Source: Eledone cirrhosa
Taxonomy: Eukaryota
Direction: 5' to 3'
Assembly: GCA_964016885.1 (NCBI GenBank)
Contig: CAXHJY010000187.1
Span: 1-30,796 of the forward strand
Length of the DNA: 30,796 nt
Position 1 is the stretch's first letter, and each line of letters opens with the position of its first letter. This document shows, in pieces, positions 1-16,095 of the stretch. The position numbers were made by a program, and so were the translations under genes. The notes below the pieces were generated by a model. It was not told the origin of the DNA. It saw only the letters and a list, made by a program, of their open reading frames with translations, and made no database searches.

Positions 1-393
1 AACCTCTACTCCTTGGAGCGAAGACGGGAGAGATACGCAGTGATCTACATGTGGAAAATCCTGGAGGGACTAGCACCAAACTTTGGCATGGGGAGGTGGA
101 CCAACCGTCGAAAGGGACGTCACTGTGTGGTGCCAAAGGTCCCGTCTTCCACATCTAGAATAAGGAGCAGGTATTGCAATAGCCTGGGATTCAAGGGCCC
201 TCAACTCTTCAACAGGCTGCCGAGGCATCTGAGAGACTTGCATGACGTGGAGGTGGATGTCTTTAAGAAACATCTCGACACCTTGTTATCCAGGATCCCG
301 GATGAGCCCACAGCAAGACACGAGGGAAACCTAAGGGCAGCAGCAACAAACTCCCTCTTACACCAGTGGCCAACCTATACTGGCTGGAGATAA
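1..393 (+). CDS. C-terminal end of a CR1/L2-group non-LTR retrotransposon ORF2 (runs off the window edge)
   Basis: Frame is open from base 1: [21 protein letters not shown]...GPQLFNRLP...[16 protein letters not shown]...AATNSLL, stop at 391-393. It is collinear with the C-terminus of the 27452-29434 LINE ([10 protein letters not shown]...GPALFN...[21 protein letters not shown]). Confidence 0.85.
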   Translation, partial: NLYSLERRRERYAVIYMWKILEGLAPNFGMGRWTNRRKGRHCVVPKVPSSTSRIRSRYCNSLGFKGPQLFNRLPRHLRDLHDVEVDVFKKHLDTLLSRIPDEPTARHEGNLRAAATNSLLHQWPTYTGWR

Positions 394-409
394 AATGTGT
401 AGCAACAAG

Positions 410-467
410 GGCGGTGCCCCAGCATGGCCTCAGCCGGATGGCTGAAACGGGTAAAGGAGTAAAAGAG
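410..467 (+). other. LINE 3' tail: conserved motif, stem-loop and short tandem tail
   Basis: GGCGGTGC...CATGGCC followed by TCAGCC-ggat-GGCTGA-AAC, then GTAAAGGA/GTAAAAGA repeats running into (TA)n. The same layout occurs at 29452-29520. Confidence 0.65.
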
Positions 468-941
<474 letters not shown>

Positions 942-1068
942 TTGGGGTAAATATTGATGCAATTCAATTCAAGCACTCAACGTACTTTTTCCACATAGGA
1001 GTGACGGAGTAAATATCGAATAAGGAAAAGCGAAGTAGTTTCATATGTTCAAGTCCTTTAATAATAAT

Positions 1069-1200
1069 TGTTTCTACTTTAGGCACAAGGCCAGCAATTA
1101 TCCAGTGCATTACTGGTACTTTATTTTATCGACCCCGTAAGGATGAAAGGCAAAGTCAACCTCGGCGGGATTTGAACTCAGATCATAAAGGGACGTAACT
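1069..1200 (-). mobile_element. tRNA-derived SINE fragment
   Basis: Minus strand has a B-box-like GAGTTCAAATCCC (1179-1167) followed by GGTTGACTTTGCCTTTCATCCTTACGGGGTCGATAAAATAAAGTACCAG. This resembles a conserved SINE core I recall from octopus repeats; not verified by search. Confidence 0.65.
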
Positions 1201-1233
1201 ATGCTGTGATATATATTTCAGGGACGTATTAAT

Positions 1234-1307
1234 GCTGTGATATATATTTCAGTGACGACACTGGCCACACTGTTCTGTGTGCGAGTGTCGTACCATCATC
1301 AGACAGC
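1234..1307 (-). ncRNA. Type I hammerhead ribozyme (family H1)
   Basis: Minus strand: GCUGU CUGAUGA U [GGU-ACGACACU...AGUGUCGU-C-ACU] GAAA UAUAUA UC^ACAGC. Stem I GCUGU/ACAGC is perfect, stem II is long, stem III is palindromic, and the cleavage triplet is AUC. Confidence 0.85.
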
Positions 1308-2149
1308 TTGTTACATAATAAGGTTATGTTTCCGAGGCAATCCAAATTGGATCGACAAGGGAACGGATGAATTGCGTGTTTTGGGGTTTTTCATCCGCTC
1401 CCTTGTGAGTACCAATTCACCCCCACCGGCCTGCGCAAGCGCATGTCCGAAGGAAGTTGACCATTCGCCACCGCAGACTTCAACGAAATTTGCTTAGTCA
1501 GTTCACCCCGTCATCCAAAACAATGGCCCACCAATGCCTGTACCGTATTTTACTGCTACCCATCACGGCTGTGGCAGTAAGCCGAGAGCCAGAGGGGATG
1601 GGAGAGTGTTAGTTTTTACAGGTCATAATACTACCCCTCACTAAGCGTTGACGTCACGACTGACCATCACCTTATAAGGGAAAATAAACTTATTCTAGAT
1701 ATCAGAAGTTAAGAGTGAGAGTTGGAAATAAAAATTAAAATCCTAAATCAAATATCAGAAATTATAAATTAAACAATTAAGAAATTAACAGTTAGAAATT
1801 AAAGAATTAAAAAAAGGAATTAAAAAAAGGATTAAAAAAAATTCTTTTCAGGTGATAATTCGGATTGAGGTGAGTAAATAATATGGAGAGAGATGTTTAA
1901 GTAATATTTCTGAGAGGGATTCTAGTGTCACAGTTACTCTATCACATATTGAACAACAGTGCCGTACATTATAACTACAGGGTTCCAGGCATTAGTGGAT
2001 CTGGTACACAGTCCTATTTTCCATCCATGGAACAAAATCAAAGAAAAAACAGACATAAAGTACACAAAAGAAAAGAACAGAACCAATCGTGAATAAATGC
2101 AAAAACACAGAGTACATATATGCAAAATGATCCATATGATTGTCCATCT

Positions 2150-2150
2150 G

Positions 2151-2232
<82 letters not shown>

Positions 2233-2233
2233 T
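2150..2233. repeat. (TA)n microsatellite (TG-interrupted)
   Basis: Read directly from the sequence. Confidence 0.95.
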
Positions 2234-2528
2234 AAAAACAAATAACGAAACGAAATTAAATTTCGTTTCGTTTGTAACTCACTTTTGTATGACTGACGCT
2301 TAAACAATTAAGTTAAAAATGTACATCTACATATGCATACTGAAATACTAGTGTGTATATGAATACACACACGTATACATATGTAGGTGTACCAAGTCTT
2401 TCACTGGTCGCTTTACAGTGAGCGGCCCAGCTATTCTGTATGTAAACACACAGACAAACCGGTTTTTAGAGTCATACTGGTTTTTCGGGGGAACACCTTC
2501 CCCCTATTCTCCAGAAAGCCAGACAAGG

Positions 2529-2573
2529 AATATTGAACTAGTTTCGTTGTTGTTACAACTCATCAGCAATATT
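2529..2573 (-). ncRNA. Minimal type I hammerhead ribozyme (H2, copy 1)
   Basis: AAUAUUG CUGAUGA GUUGU-AACA-ACAAC GAAA CUAG UU^CAAUAUU, with a 7-bp stem I and palindromic stem III ACUAGU. Confidence 0.9.
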
Positions 2574-2634
2574 TACCTATCTACCGGCCTTTCTGGAGAA
2601 TTGTAAAAGCACATATCGTTATATGCTTTTTCTA

Positions 2635-2906
<272 letters not shown>

Positions 2907-3198
2907 AAAACAAATAACGAAACGAAATTAAATTTCGTTTCGTTTGTAACTCACTTTTGTATGACTGACGCTTAAACAATTAAGTTAAAAATGTACATCC
3001 ACATATGTATACTGAAATACTAGTATGCATATGAATACACACACGTGTACATATGTAGATGTACCGAGTTTTTCACTGGTCACTTTACTGTGAGTGTCCA
3101 ACTATTCTGTATGTAAACACACAGACAAACCGGTTTTTAGAGTCATACTGGTTTTTGAGGAAACACCTTTCCTCTATTCTCCAGAAAGCCAGACAAGG

Positions 3199-3243
3199 AA
3201 TATTGGACTAGTTTCGATGTTGTTACATCTCATCAGCAATATT
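3199..3243 (-). ncRNA. Minimal type I hammerhead ribozyme (H2, copy 2)
   Basis: AAUAUUG CUGAUGA GAUGU-AACA-ACAUC GAAA CUAG UC^CAAUAUU. It has a canonical GUC site and a compensatory U-A to A-U change in stem II relative to copies 1 and 3. Confidence 0.92.
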
Positions 3244-3664
3244 TACCTATCTTCCGGCCTTTCTAGAGAATCGTAAAAGCACATATCGTTATATGCTTTT
3301 TCTATGAAAATTAGTAGTGGGCAGACTAATTTGCATAGAGCGTGAGTACGTACCGGTTCAACGGAGACGATAAAAACAAATAACGAAACGAAATTAAATT
3401 TCGTTTCGTTTGTAACTCACTTTTGAATGACTGACGCTTAAACAATTAAGTTAAAAATGTACATCCATATATGTATACTGAAATACTAGTATGCATATGA
3501 ATACACACACGTATACATATGTAGATGTACCAAGTCTTTCACTGGTTACTTTACTGTGAGTATCCAGCTATTCTGTATGTAAACACACAGACAAACCGGT
3601 TTTTAGGGTCATACTGGTTTTTGAGGAAACACCTTTCCTCTATTCTACAGAAAGCCAGACAAGG

Positions 3665-3709
3665 AATATTGAACTAGTTTCGTTGTTGTTACAACTCATC
3701 AGCAATATT
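3665..3709 (-). ncRNA. Minimal type I hammerhead ribozyme (H2, copy 3)
   Basis: Identical to copy 1 (GUU site). Confidence 0.9.
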
Positions 3710-3991
3710 TACCTATCTACCGGCCTTTCTGGAGAATCGTAAAAGAACATATCGTTATATGCTTTTTCTATGAAAATTAGTATTCTGGAGAATAGAGGAA
3801 AGGTGTTTCCTCAAAAACCAGTATGACTCTAAAAACCGGTTTGTCTGTGTGTTTACATACAGAATAGCTGGACACTCACAGTAAAGTGACCAGTGAAAAA
3901 CTCGGTACATCTACATATGTACACGTGTGTGTATTCATATGCATACTAGTATTTCAGTATACATATGTGGATGTACATTTTTAACTTAATT

Positions 3992-6858
<2,867 letters not shown>

Positions 6859-7378
6859 CAGTATTAGTTGTAGATGTTATCGCCACTTTAGCAGGGTGGT
6901 AGAATCAGTGGTCGTTAGTTGCCAGTGTGGTAAGTGATAGTATCCTCGTTGGATTATCTTGTTGACATAGACGTGAGGGAAGGTCCCTCGATCTATTTAC
7001 CATCTATTCACAATGTTCCTTTCGTCAGGTCGCCAATTCCAGCAGCATGGATTAAAGATGTTATTGAGACACGAGTAATTAGAGATGAAATGTTTGTTTA
7101 TTTATATGGTTGAAGTTACAGGTAAAAAGAGGTTACAAAAGGGAATGTGCCATTGCACCGTTAAGCCGGCGAGGCTAGGGGTGCAATATCTCACTGCTAC
7201 ATTATGCGTGTTGCTGGCTTGAAGTTTCCGGTACAAGCTAGAGATTCTTCAAATCTTCGCGGGAAATTCTTCCTCAGGGCGCGTAGGGATACATCCTCTT
7301 CTACTGGCGCTGATTGCCTGAACTGAGCCAAATCACGCACAGAGAATGTATGTGAGCCCGCGGAATGTAGGTCACTAC

Positions 7379-7412
<34 letters not shown>

Positions 7413-7417
7413 GTATA

Positions 7418-7630
7418 CAATTTTTTTTTCCCAATATCACACATCAATCTAAAACTACTTTTCATATGTTGATTCAAAACTGCACTATTCACAAGTGTTT
7501 ATTATCCTTCATATCATATCTTCCAATTTTATCTGATGAAAACACAAATATTATTGCATGATGATATTTGTTTTTGAAATGCGCATAATAAAATAAATGG
7601 AACTCTTTTAAACATCTTTTGATCTTATAT
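7418..7630 (+). mobile_element. Solo 3'-end (pseudo-LTR) fragment of PLE-2 embedded in (TA)n
   Basis: Near-identical reverse complement of 15045-15256. It contains an HHR and AATAAA. Confidence 0.85.
7526..7594 (+). ncRNA. Type I hammerhead ribozyme (H3)
   Basis: AUUUUAU CUGAUGA [16-bp imperfect stem II, GCAU loop] GAAA UGCGCA UA^AUAAAAU, with palindromic stem III AUGCGCAU and an overlapping AATAAA. Confidence 0.88.
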
Positions 7631-7648
7631 ACTATATATATATATATG

Positions 7649-7695
<47 letters not shown>

Positions 7696-7718
7696 GTATA
7701 TGTATATATATATATATG

Positions 7719-7809
<91 letters not shown>

Positions 7810-7810
7810 G
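7631..7810. repeat. (TA)n microsatellite (TG-interrupted)
   Basis: Read directly from the sequence. Confidence 0.95.
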
Positions 7811-8020
7811 TATTGTTATATTTGGGGAGGGTCATATTTGCGTAATATTGCCAGAATTAATAACAGAACACACTCACTGTTTGGTTGGTTTTCGCTTCTC
7901 GCTGTCTTTTATATATATATATCTGCGATCTAACTTACTCGGTCCTCAATGTTGCCATTGACTGACCGGCGGTCAAAAATAAAATAATACAGATACAATA
8001 TAGACAAACACATATATATA

Positions 8021-8063
8021 TAGTTTACATAAATCTTTCGTTGCACATCTGCAACATCGTCAG
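8021..8063 (-). ncRNA. Hammerhead-like core in the PLE-1 3' end (H4; second copy at 12263-12305 on +)
   Basis: CUGACGA U GUUGCA-GAUG-UGCAAC GAAA GAUUUAUGUAAAC UA. Stem II is perfect and stem III is bulged, but no good adjacent stem I is visible. Confidence 0.55.
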
Positions 8064-8319
8064 TGGTGTTATATTCATTGTTCCTCCTGTTGTGTTGTAT
8101 GTCTACGCCATTTTTTTTGTTCAGTCCGTCTATATATTTATTTATTTGTTTGCTTGTTTGTTTATCTTATTTTATTTTGTCTTCTTTGCGCATGCCTTTG
8201 CGTGTGTGATGTGTGACTAGTGTGTATAGTGTTGTGTCTGCTGGGTGACTAGTGTGTGTTTATGTGCTTGTGTATGTATTTATTTATCTTATTTTATTTA
8301 ATTTAATTTACTTATTTAT

Positions 8320-10680
8320 TTATACTTCTCTTAGGTCAGTGTTGTTTGTTTGGGTGTTGTTGTTGTTCCACTCATTCTTTCTGTTTAGCTTTGGTCTTCT
8401 AATTTCTATTTCACTGGCCTCTCTGATTTGCCTATCTGCTGGGTCATTCCTATGTTTAGATATTATTCTAATTTCTATGTTGTCTATGTTACCGTCATGA
8501 TGTTGTCTAGCATGTTCGTATAGTACTGACCCGTTTTTTCGTCCTTTTAGTTCCCCCCAGTGTTGGTCTATCCTTTCACCTATGCTACGAGCTGTCTCAC
8601 CTATGTATGTTGTTGTCGTGTTTCTACAAGTACCCTCTGTACATCTTATGCTATAGACTACGTTTCTAGTTTTACAGTTTATCCGGGGGTTCACCTTACA
8701 TATGATACATTTCCTATTGGTACAGTGGGTTTTCTTAAAAGGGTAGGTTTTGCTGATCAGGGATTTTATGGTGGTTCCTGGCTTTTCTACCACCTTTATT
8801 TTTAAGTGGGTCTTTCTCAGGGCCTTTCTACACTGGTTAGCTAATTTCCCTCCAGGGGTGGCGTCCACAAACATGACACTCTGATATCTCTGGTTGTCGT
8901 ACCATGATGTGGCCTTCCCTATCTTATGTCTAGCCCTATCTAAGCTATTCCATGATTTGCTCCTGTATAGTGGGCAAATTCCTTTCATGTCCAGTTCTAT
9001 GAGGGTCTTATACTTTTCCATGGCTCCTTCGTATACTCTGACTCTGTCTCTTTGGTTGTAGCCAGAGAACTGCATGCGGTTGATGAAGTGTTGGATGTGT
9101 CCTTCCATTTCTGTTGGGTCGCACATGCTGGACACATTCTTCATCACTCGTACCAAATCTGCGATCAGAATATTAAACTTAGCACTACTGGACATTGCTG
9201 AGTTTTTGAGTATCAGGTATTTGGAGGCCATGGGTTTAGCATAGTGTGAGTGGAGAATTTGGGCTCTCTCGTCTATAGTGTTAATCCAGAGTTCTGTGTC
9301 TAATACAGGTAGTCTATTGTTAGGGTGTTTGGAAGGGAAGTCTATAGTTACAGTTATACTCTGGTGTATGGAATTAGCTATCTGCTGGATGCTTTCCATC
9401 GTGCTACGTTCTAAATCAAACTTGTTAGTGCTCTCTAGTGGGGGTGTTCTTATAACTATATTGATATCGTCTACATAACGAGAGTACATGATGAGGTCTA
9501 TGGAGCTTTCATTAAGGAGATCTTTAAGTCTCCTTTCCCACCATACCATGAAAAGGTTGGCAACATCGCCAGCTATGCTGACGCCGATGGCTGCTCCCTC
9601 ATTTTGGGTGTAGATTTTCTCATTGAACTTAAATATGTGGCCCTTTAGGGTAGTTTTGATACTAGCCCCTATTGCATGTGCGACCATTTTTCTTACCTGA
9701 TCAGTGTTTTGGGGGGTCCGTATAGCTTTGGTCCACCCAATCCACCTTCCTATGGGAGTCTTTTTAGCCATTGAGGTTATGGTGGGGGGTCTACCTCTTA
9801 TAGGTCTACTAGGGCAGAAACATCTAAGGTCATGGCTGTCTAGGTAGTCAGTGTCGTAGGTAAGTCTAAGTAGGAGGCCCAGTTCGTCTGTGTCGACGTC
9901 GCAGAACTCCACCTCACTCTCAATGATCATCTCCACACATCTTTTCACAGCAAAATCAATGTTAATGGATGGGTACAGTGACACCACATCCATGCTGCCT
10001 ATTATGCAGTTGGATAGGCTCCTGTTTTTGTTGCACTCACTGATTCTGCTGAGGAGGTCCTCTGTACTTTCACATACATCTGGGGACATCTTGATTATGG
10101 GGCGTATAACCATTGAGAGGAAGTAGGAGATCCTGTAGTTGCTAGCTATATTAGCTCCGCATACAGGTCTTGTTGGTGGTCCTGTTGTCGGGTCGTCGAC
10201 TGTCTTGTGGTCTTTGCGGAGCCCATACAAGGGTGGTATGCCATTGTTAGACGCCTGGAAGTTGTTGGCAGTGCGTCTGCTTGGCTTTAGGATGTCAGTC
10301 CACATCATCATGTGAGCGTTGAGGATTTTTTCTCTCCCATCGTGTGTTAGTTGTGCAACTTCGCTCGTGTTGGTGATGTGGGGTTGCATTGCCTCGATGT
10401 AGTTCGGCATGCTATCTATTGACATCCTACCAGACTTATCTGTGGGTAGACACACTACCTCACCATCCCTTGTGCGCTGCTTGAGGCTAACCAAGCCTTC
10501 TACAGGTTTTATCCCAAGTTGTTGGACCTCTGGTCTGCTCTGTCTCATAGTGTACCTGTCTACTACTTGTCTAATCTTATTTCTAGCTATGGTGAACTGT
10601 GCCTCCGTCTCGTCATCTATTTGTTGTGGTATGCAAACTCTTTTATTAAAGGGTAACCTCGTAGGATAGATATTACCCAT
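8320..10680 (-). CDS. Penelope-like reverse transcriptase with Cys-rich linker and GIY-YIG endonuclease
   Basis: Motifs: PTDKSG, LYGLRKDHK, RPV, SMDVVSLYPS, GAAIGVSIAG, YSRYVDD, LPVLD; linker CTNRKCIIC...C; NVVYSIRC...YIGETARS..R..QH...H. The frame stays open upstream to ~11100 as an Asn-rich tract. Confidence 0.95.
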   Translation of the reverse strand: MGNIYPTRLPFNKRVCIPQQIDDETEAQFTIARNKIRQVVDRYTMRQSRPEVQQLGIKPVEGLVSLKQRTRDGEVVCLPTDKSGRMSIDSMPNYIEAMQPHITNTSEVAQLTHDGREKILNAHMMMWTDILKPSRRTANNFQASNNGIPPLYGLRKDHKTVDDPTTGPPTRPVCGANIASNYRISYFLSMVIRPIIKMSPDVCESTEDLLSRISECNKNRSLSNCIIGSMDVVSLYPSINIDFAVKRCVEMIIESEVEFCDVDTDELGLLLRLTYDTDYLDSHDLRCFCPSRPIRGRPPTITSMAKKTPIGRWIGWTKAIRTPQNTDQVRKMVAHAIGASIKTTLKGHIFKFNEKIYTQNEGAAIGVSIAGDVANLFMVWWERRLKDLLNESSIDLIMYSRYVDDINIVIRTPPLESTNKFDLERSTMESIQQIANSIHQSITVTIDFPSKHPNNRLPVLDTELWINTIDERAQILHSHYAKPMASKYLILKNSAMSSSAKFNILIADLVRVMKNVSSMCDPTEMEGHIQHFINRMQFSGYNQRDRVRVYEGAMEKYKTLIELDMKGICPLYRSKSWNSLDRARHKIGKATSWYDNQRYQSVMFVDATPGGKLANQCRKALRKTHLKIKVVEKPGTTIKSLISKTYPFKKTHCTNRKCIICKVNPRINCKTRNVVYSIRCTEGTCRNTTTTYIGETARSIGERIDQHWGELKGRKNGSVLYEHARQHHDGNIDNIEIRIISKHRNDPADRQIREASEIEIRRPKLNRKNEWNNNNTQTNNTDLREV

Positions 10681-11101
10681 CTTATATGTTTTGTCAGCTG
10701 GGTTGAAAAATAGTTTCTCTAAGGGGTTGTCGTTATTTCTATCGTCATAGTTGTGTGTGTTGCTATTATTATTATCATGGTGGTTGTTGTTGTTTCTATC
10801 ATTAGCTTTAATATTATTATTGTTATGATTGCTAGATGTATTGTTGTTTACTTCACCGTTATTGTTGTTGTTGTTACTGCTATTTCTACCATTGTGGTTG
10901 TTACTATTATTATGTTTCTTGTTTTTGTTGATGTTGCTACATGTACTATTTCCATTATTACCACTGTGGTTATTGTTGTTGTTGTTGTTCGTATTGTTAC
11001 CGTTATTACTACTGTGGTCACTGTTGCTGTGTCTGTGGTTAACGTTTCTATTATTATTATTATTGTGGTTGTTGTTGTTCTGTCTATCGCTAGTATTATT
11101 A

Positions 11102-12006
11102 CCAAATACCTGATACTCAAAAACTCAGCAATGTCCAGTAGTGCTAAGTTTAATATTCTGATCGCAGATTTGGTACGAGTGATGAAGAATGTGTCCAGCA
11201 TGTGCGACCCAACAGAAATGGAAGGACACATCCAACACTTCATCAACCGCATGCAGTTCTCTGGCTACAACCAAAGAGACAGAGTCAGAGTATACGAAGG
11301 AGCCATGGAAAAGTATAAGACCCTCATAGAACTGGACATGAAAGGAATTTGCCCACTATACAGGAGCAAATCATGGAATAGCTTAGATAGGGCTAGACAT
11401 AAGATAGGGAAGGCCACATCATGGTACGACAACCAGAGATATCAGAGTGTCATGTTTGTGGACGCCACCCCTGGAGGGAAATTAGCTAACCAGTGTAGAA
11501 AGGCCCTGAGAAAGACCCACTTAAAAATAAAGGTGGTAGAAAAGCCAGGAACCACCATAAAATCCCTGATCAGCAAAACCTACCCTTTTAAGAAAACCCA
11601 CTGTACCAATAGGAAATGTATCATATGTAAGGTGAACCCCCGGATAAACTGTAAAACTAGAAACGTAGTCTATAGCATAAGATGTACAGAGGGTACTTGT
11701 AGAAACACGACAACAACATACATAGGTGAGACAGCTCGTAGCATAGGTGAAAGGATAGACCAACACTGGGGGGAACTAAAAGGACGAAAAAACGGGTCAG
11801 TACTATACGAACATGCTAGACAACATCATGACGGTAACATAGACAACATAGAAATTAGAATAATATCTAAACATAGGAATGACCCAGCAGATAGGCAAAT
11901 CAGAGAGGCCAGTGAAATAGAAATTAGAAGACCAAAGCTAAACAGAAAGAATGAGTGGAACAACAACAACACCCAAACAAACAACACTGACCTAAGAGAA
12001 GTATAA
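11102..12006 (+). pseudogene. Inverted duplicate of the PLE-1 C-terminal part (thumb plus GIY-YIG)
   Basis: From KYLILKNS to TDLREV* the protein is identical to the C-terminus of the 8320-10680 ORF. Confidence 0.9.
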
Positions 12007-12336
12007 ATAAATAAGTAAATTAAATTAAATAAAATAAGATAAATAAATACATACACAAGCACATAAACACACACTAGTCACCCAGCAGACACAACACTAT
12101 ACACACTAGTCACACATCACACACGCAAACGCATGCGCAAAGAAGACAAAATAAAATAAGATAAACAAACAAGCAAACAAATAAATAAATATATAGACGG
12201 ACTGAACAAAACAAATGGCGTAGACATACAACACAACAGGAGGAACAATGAATATAACACCACTGACGATGTTGCAGATGTGCAACGAAAGATTTATGTA
12301 AACTATATATATATGTGTTTGTCTATATTGTATATG

Positions 12337-12448
<112 letters not shown>

Positions 12449-12454
12449 CATATG

Positions 12455-15044
<2,590 letters not shown>

Positions 15045-15080
15045 ATATAAGATCAAAAGATGTTTAAAAGAGTTCCATTT

Positions 15081-15149
15081 ATTTTATTATGCGCATTTCA
15101 AAAGCAAATATCATCATGCAATAATATTTGTGTTTTCATCAGATAAAAT
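15081..15149 (-). ncRNA. Type I hammerhead ribozyme (H3) at the PLE-2 3' end
   Basis: Same as 7526-7594 with one substitution in stem II. Confidence 0.88.
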
Positions 15150-15492
15150 TGGAAGATATGATATGAAGGATAATAAACACTTGTGAATAGTGCAGTTTTG
15201 AATCAACATATGAAAAGTAGTTTTAGATTGATGTGTGATATTGGGAAAAAAAATTGGGGGGGGGTGAAAAAGAGGAGGAGATGAGAGTAAAAAGTGGAGG
15301 GGGCGGAGTATAATGAGGAAGGATGAGATAGGAGGAGAGATGGGTGATAGAGAGAGAGATAGCTTTTATAACTGAGAAAAATATATTGTTTTATATAGAG
15401 AGGTTGAAAACCGTTGGAAGATAATGTATAAATTAAAAGAATTTGAAAATTAACGAAGAGAAAAATAATGTCAAATTAAGGTTTGTATATTG

Positions 15493-15660
15493 AAGGGTTT
15501 TATAATATGTGCGATGAAAAGAAAATGTTAATATGTATTAAGAATAATATTTAAGGGTTTAATAATATGTGCGATGGAAAGAAAATGTTAATATGTATTA
15601 AGAATAATATTTAAGGGTTTAATAATATGTGCGATGGAAAGAAAATGTTGATATGTATTA
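15493..15660. repeat. 60-bp tandem repeat, ~2.8 copies, in the PLE-2 3' UTR
   Basis: AAGGGTTT(T/A)ATAATATGTGCGATG... recurs at 15493, 15553 and 15613. Confidence 0.9.
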
Positions 15661-16095
15661 TTAAAAAAAACAAAAGTAATGTAAGTAAGGATATATTGTG
15701 AGATGAGCATGAATAAGTTAGATGACAGTGAGAAAAAAATAATGAATTGAGGATGAATAATCTAACGTCAAAAAAATGTGTTTATGTTTACGAAGGATTT
15801 TTTCAAGGTGATATAAGGTAAGAATATATTGTATTGTGTAATAATTGTTTCTATGTTAGGCACAGTGAGAAAAGGTACAGATTAGGAGTTAGAAATTAAA
15901 AGAAAAAGAAAAGAAAAGGAAAAGGAAGAAAGGGAAGTTATAAATAGGAGTGATATAGAATGAGTAACAAGTATTATATAATGTATAATAAATAACTTTG
16001 AAATAAGGTAGAAAGATGGGTATATTTTTTAAAGAAGTATATATATATATATGTGCCTTCGAGAAAAGGATTCTAAATTGATAAAGTATTGGATA

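Larger units (their letters stand above)
7811..12333 (-). mobile_element. Penelope-like element PLE-1 (probably Neptune-type), 5'-truncated, with a 1.23-kb inverted 3' duplication
   Basis: RT plus GIY-YIG ORF on the minus strand. 11102-12333 is the reverse complement of 7993-9224, with two mismatches noticed. Both ends abut (TA)n. Confidence 0.92.

Noticed and set aside
1160-1200. tRNA gene
   Set aside because: Only a B-box/T-arm-like segment is present. There is no cloverleaf and it is followed by SINE core sequence.
3329-3336. Octamer motif ATTTGCAT suggesting an snRNA-type promoter
   Set aside because: It is part of a hairpin arm, and no PSE or snRNA body is recognisable.
7005-7032. CTGACGA on the minus strand as another hammerhead
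   Set aside because: No stem II, GAAA or stem I follows.
7993-12333. Inverted repeats as DNA-transposon terminal repeats or assembly fold-back artefacts
   Set aside because: The arms are copies of the element's own 3' end, carry substitutions and have unequal outer ends, and there is no transposase. This matches known PLE structure, although long-read confirmation is still advisable.
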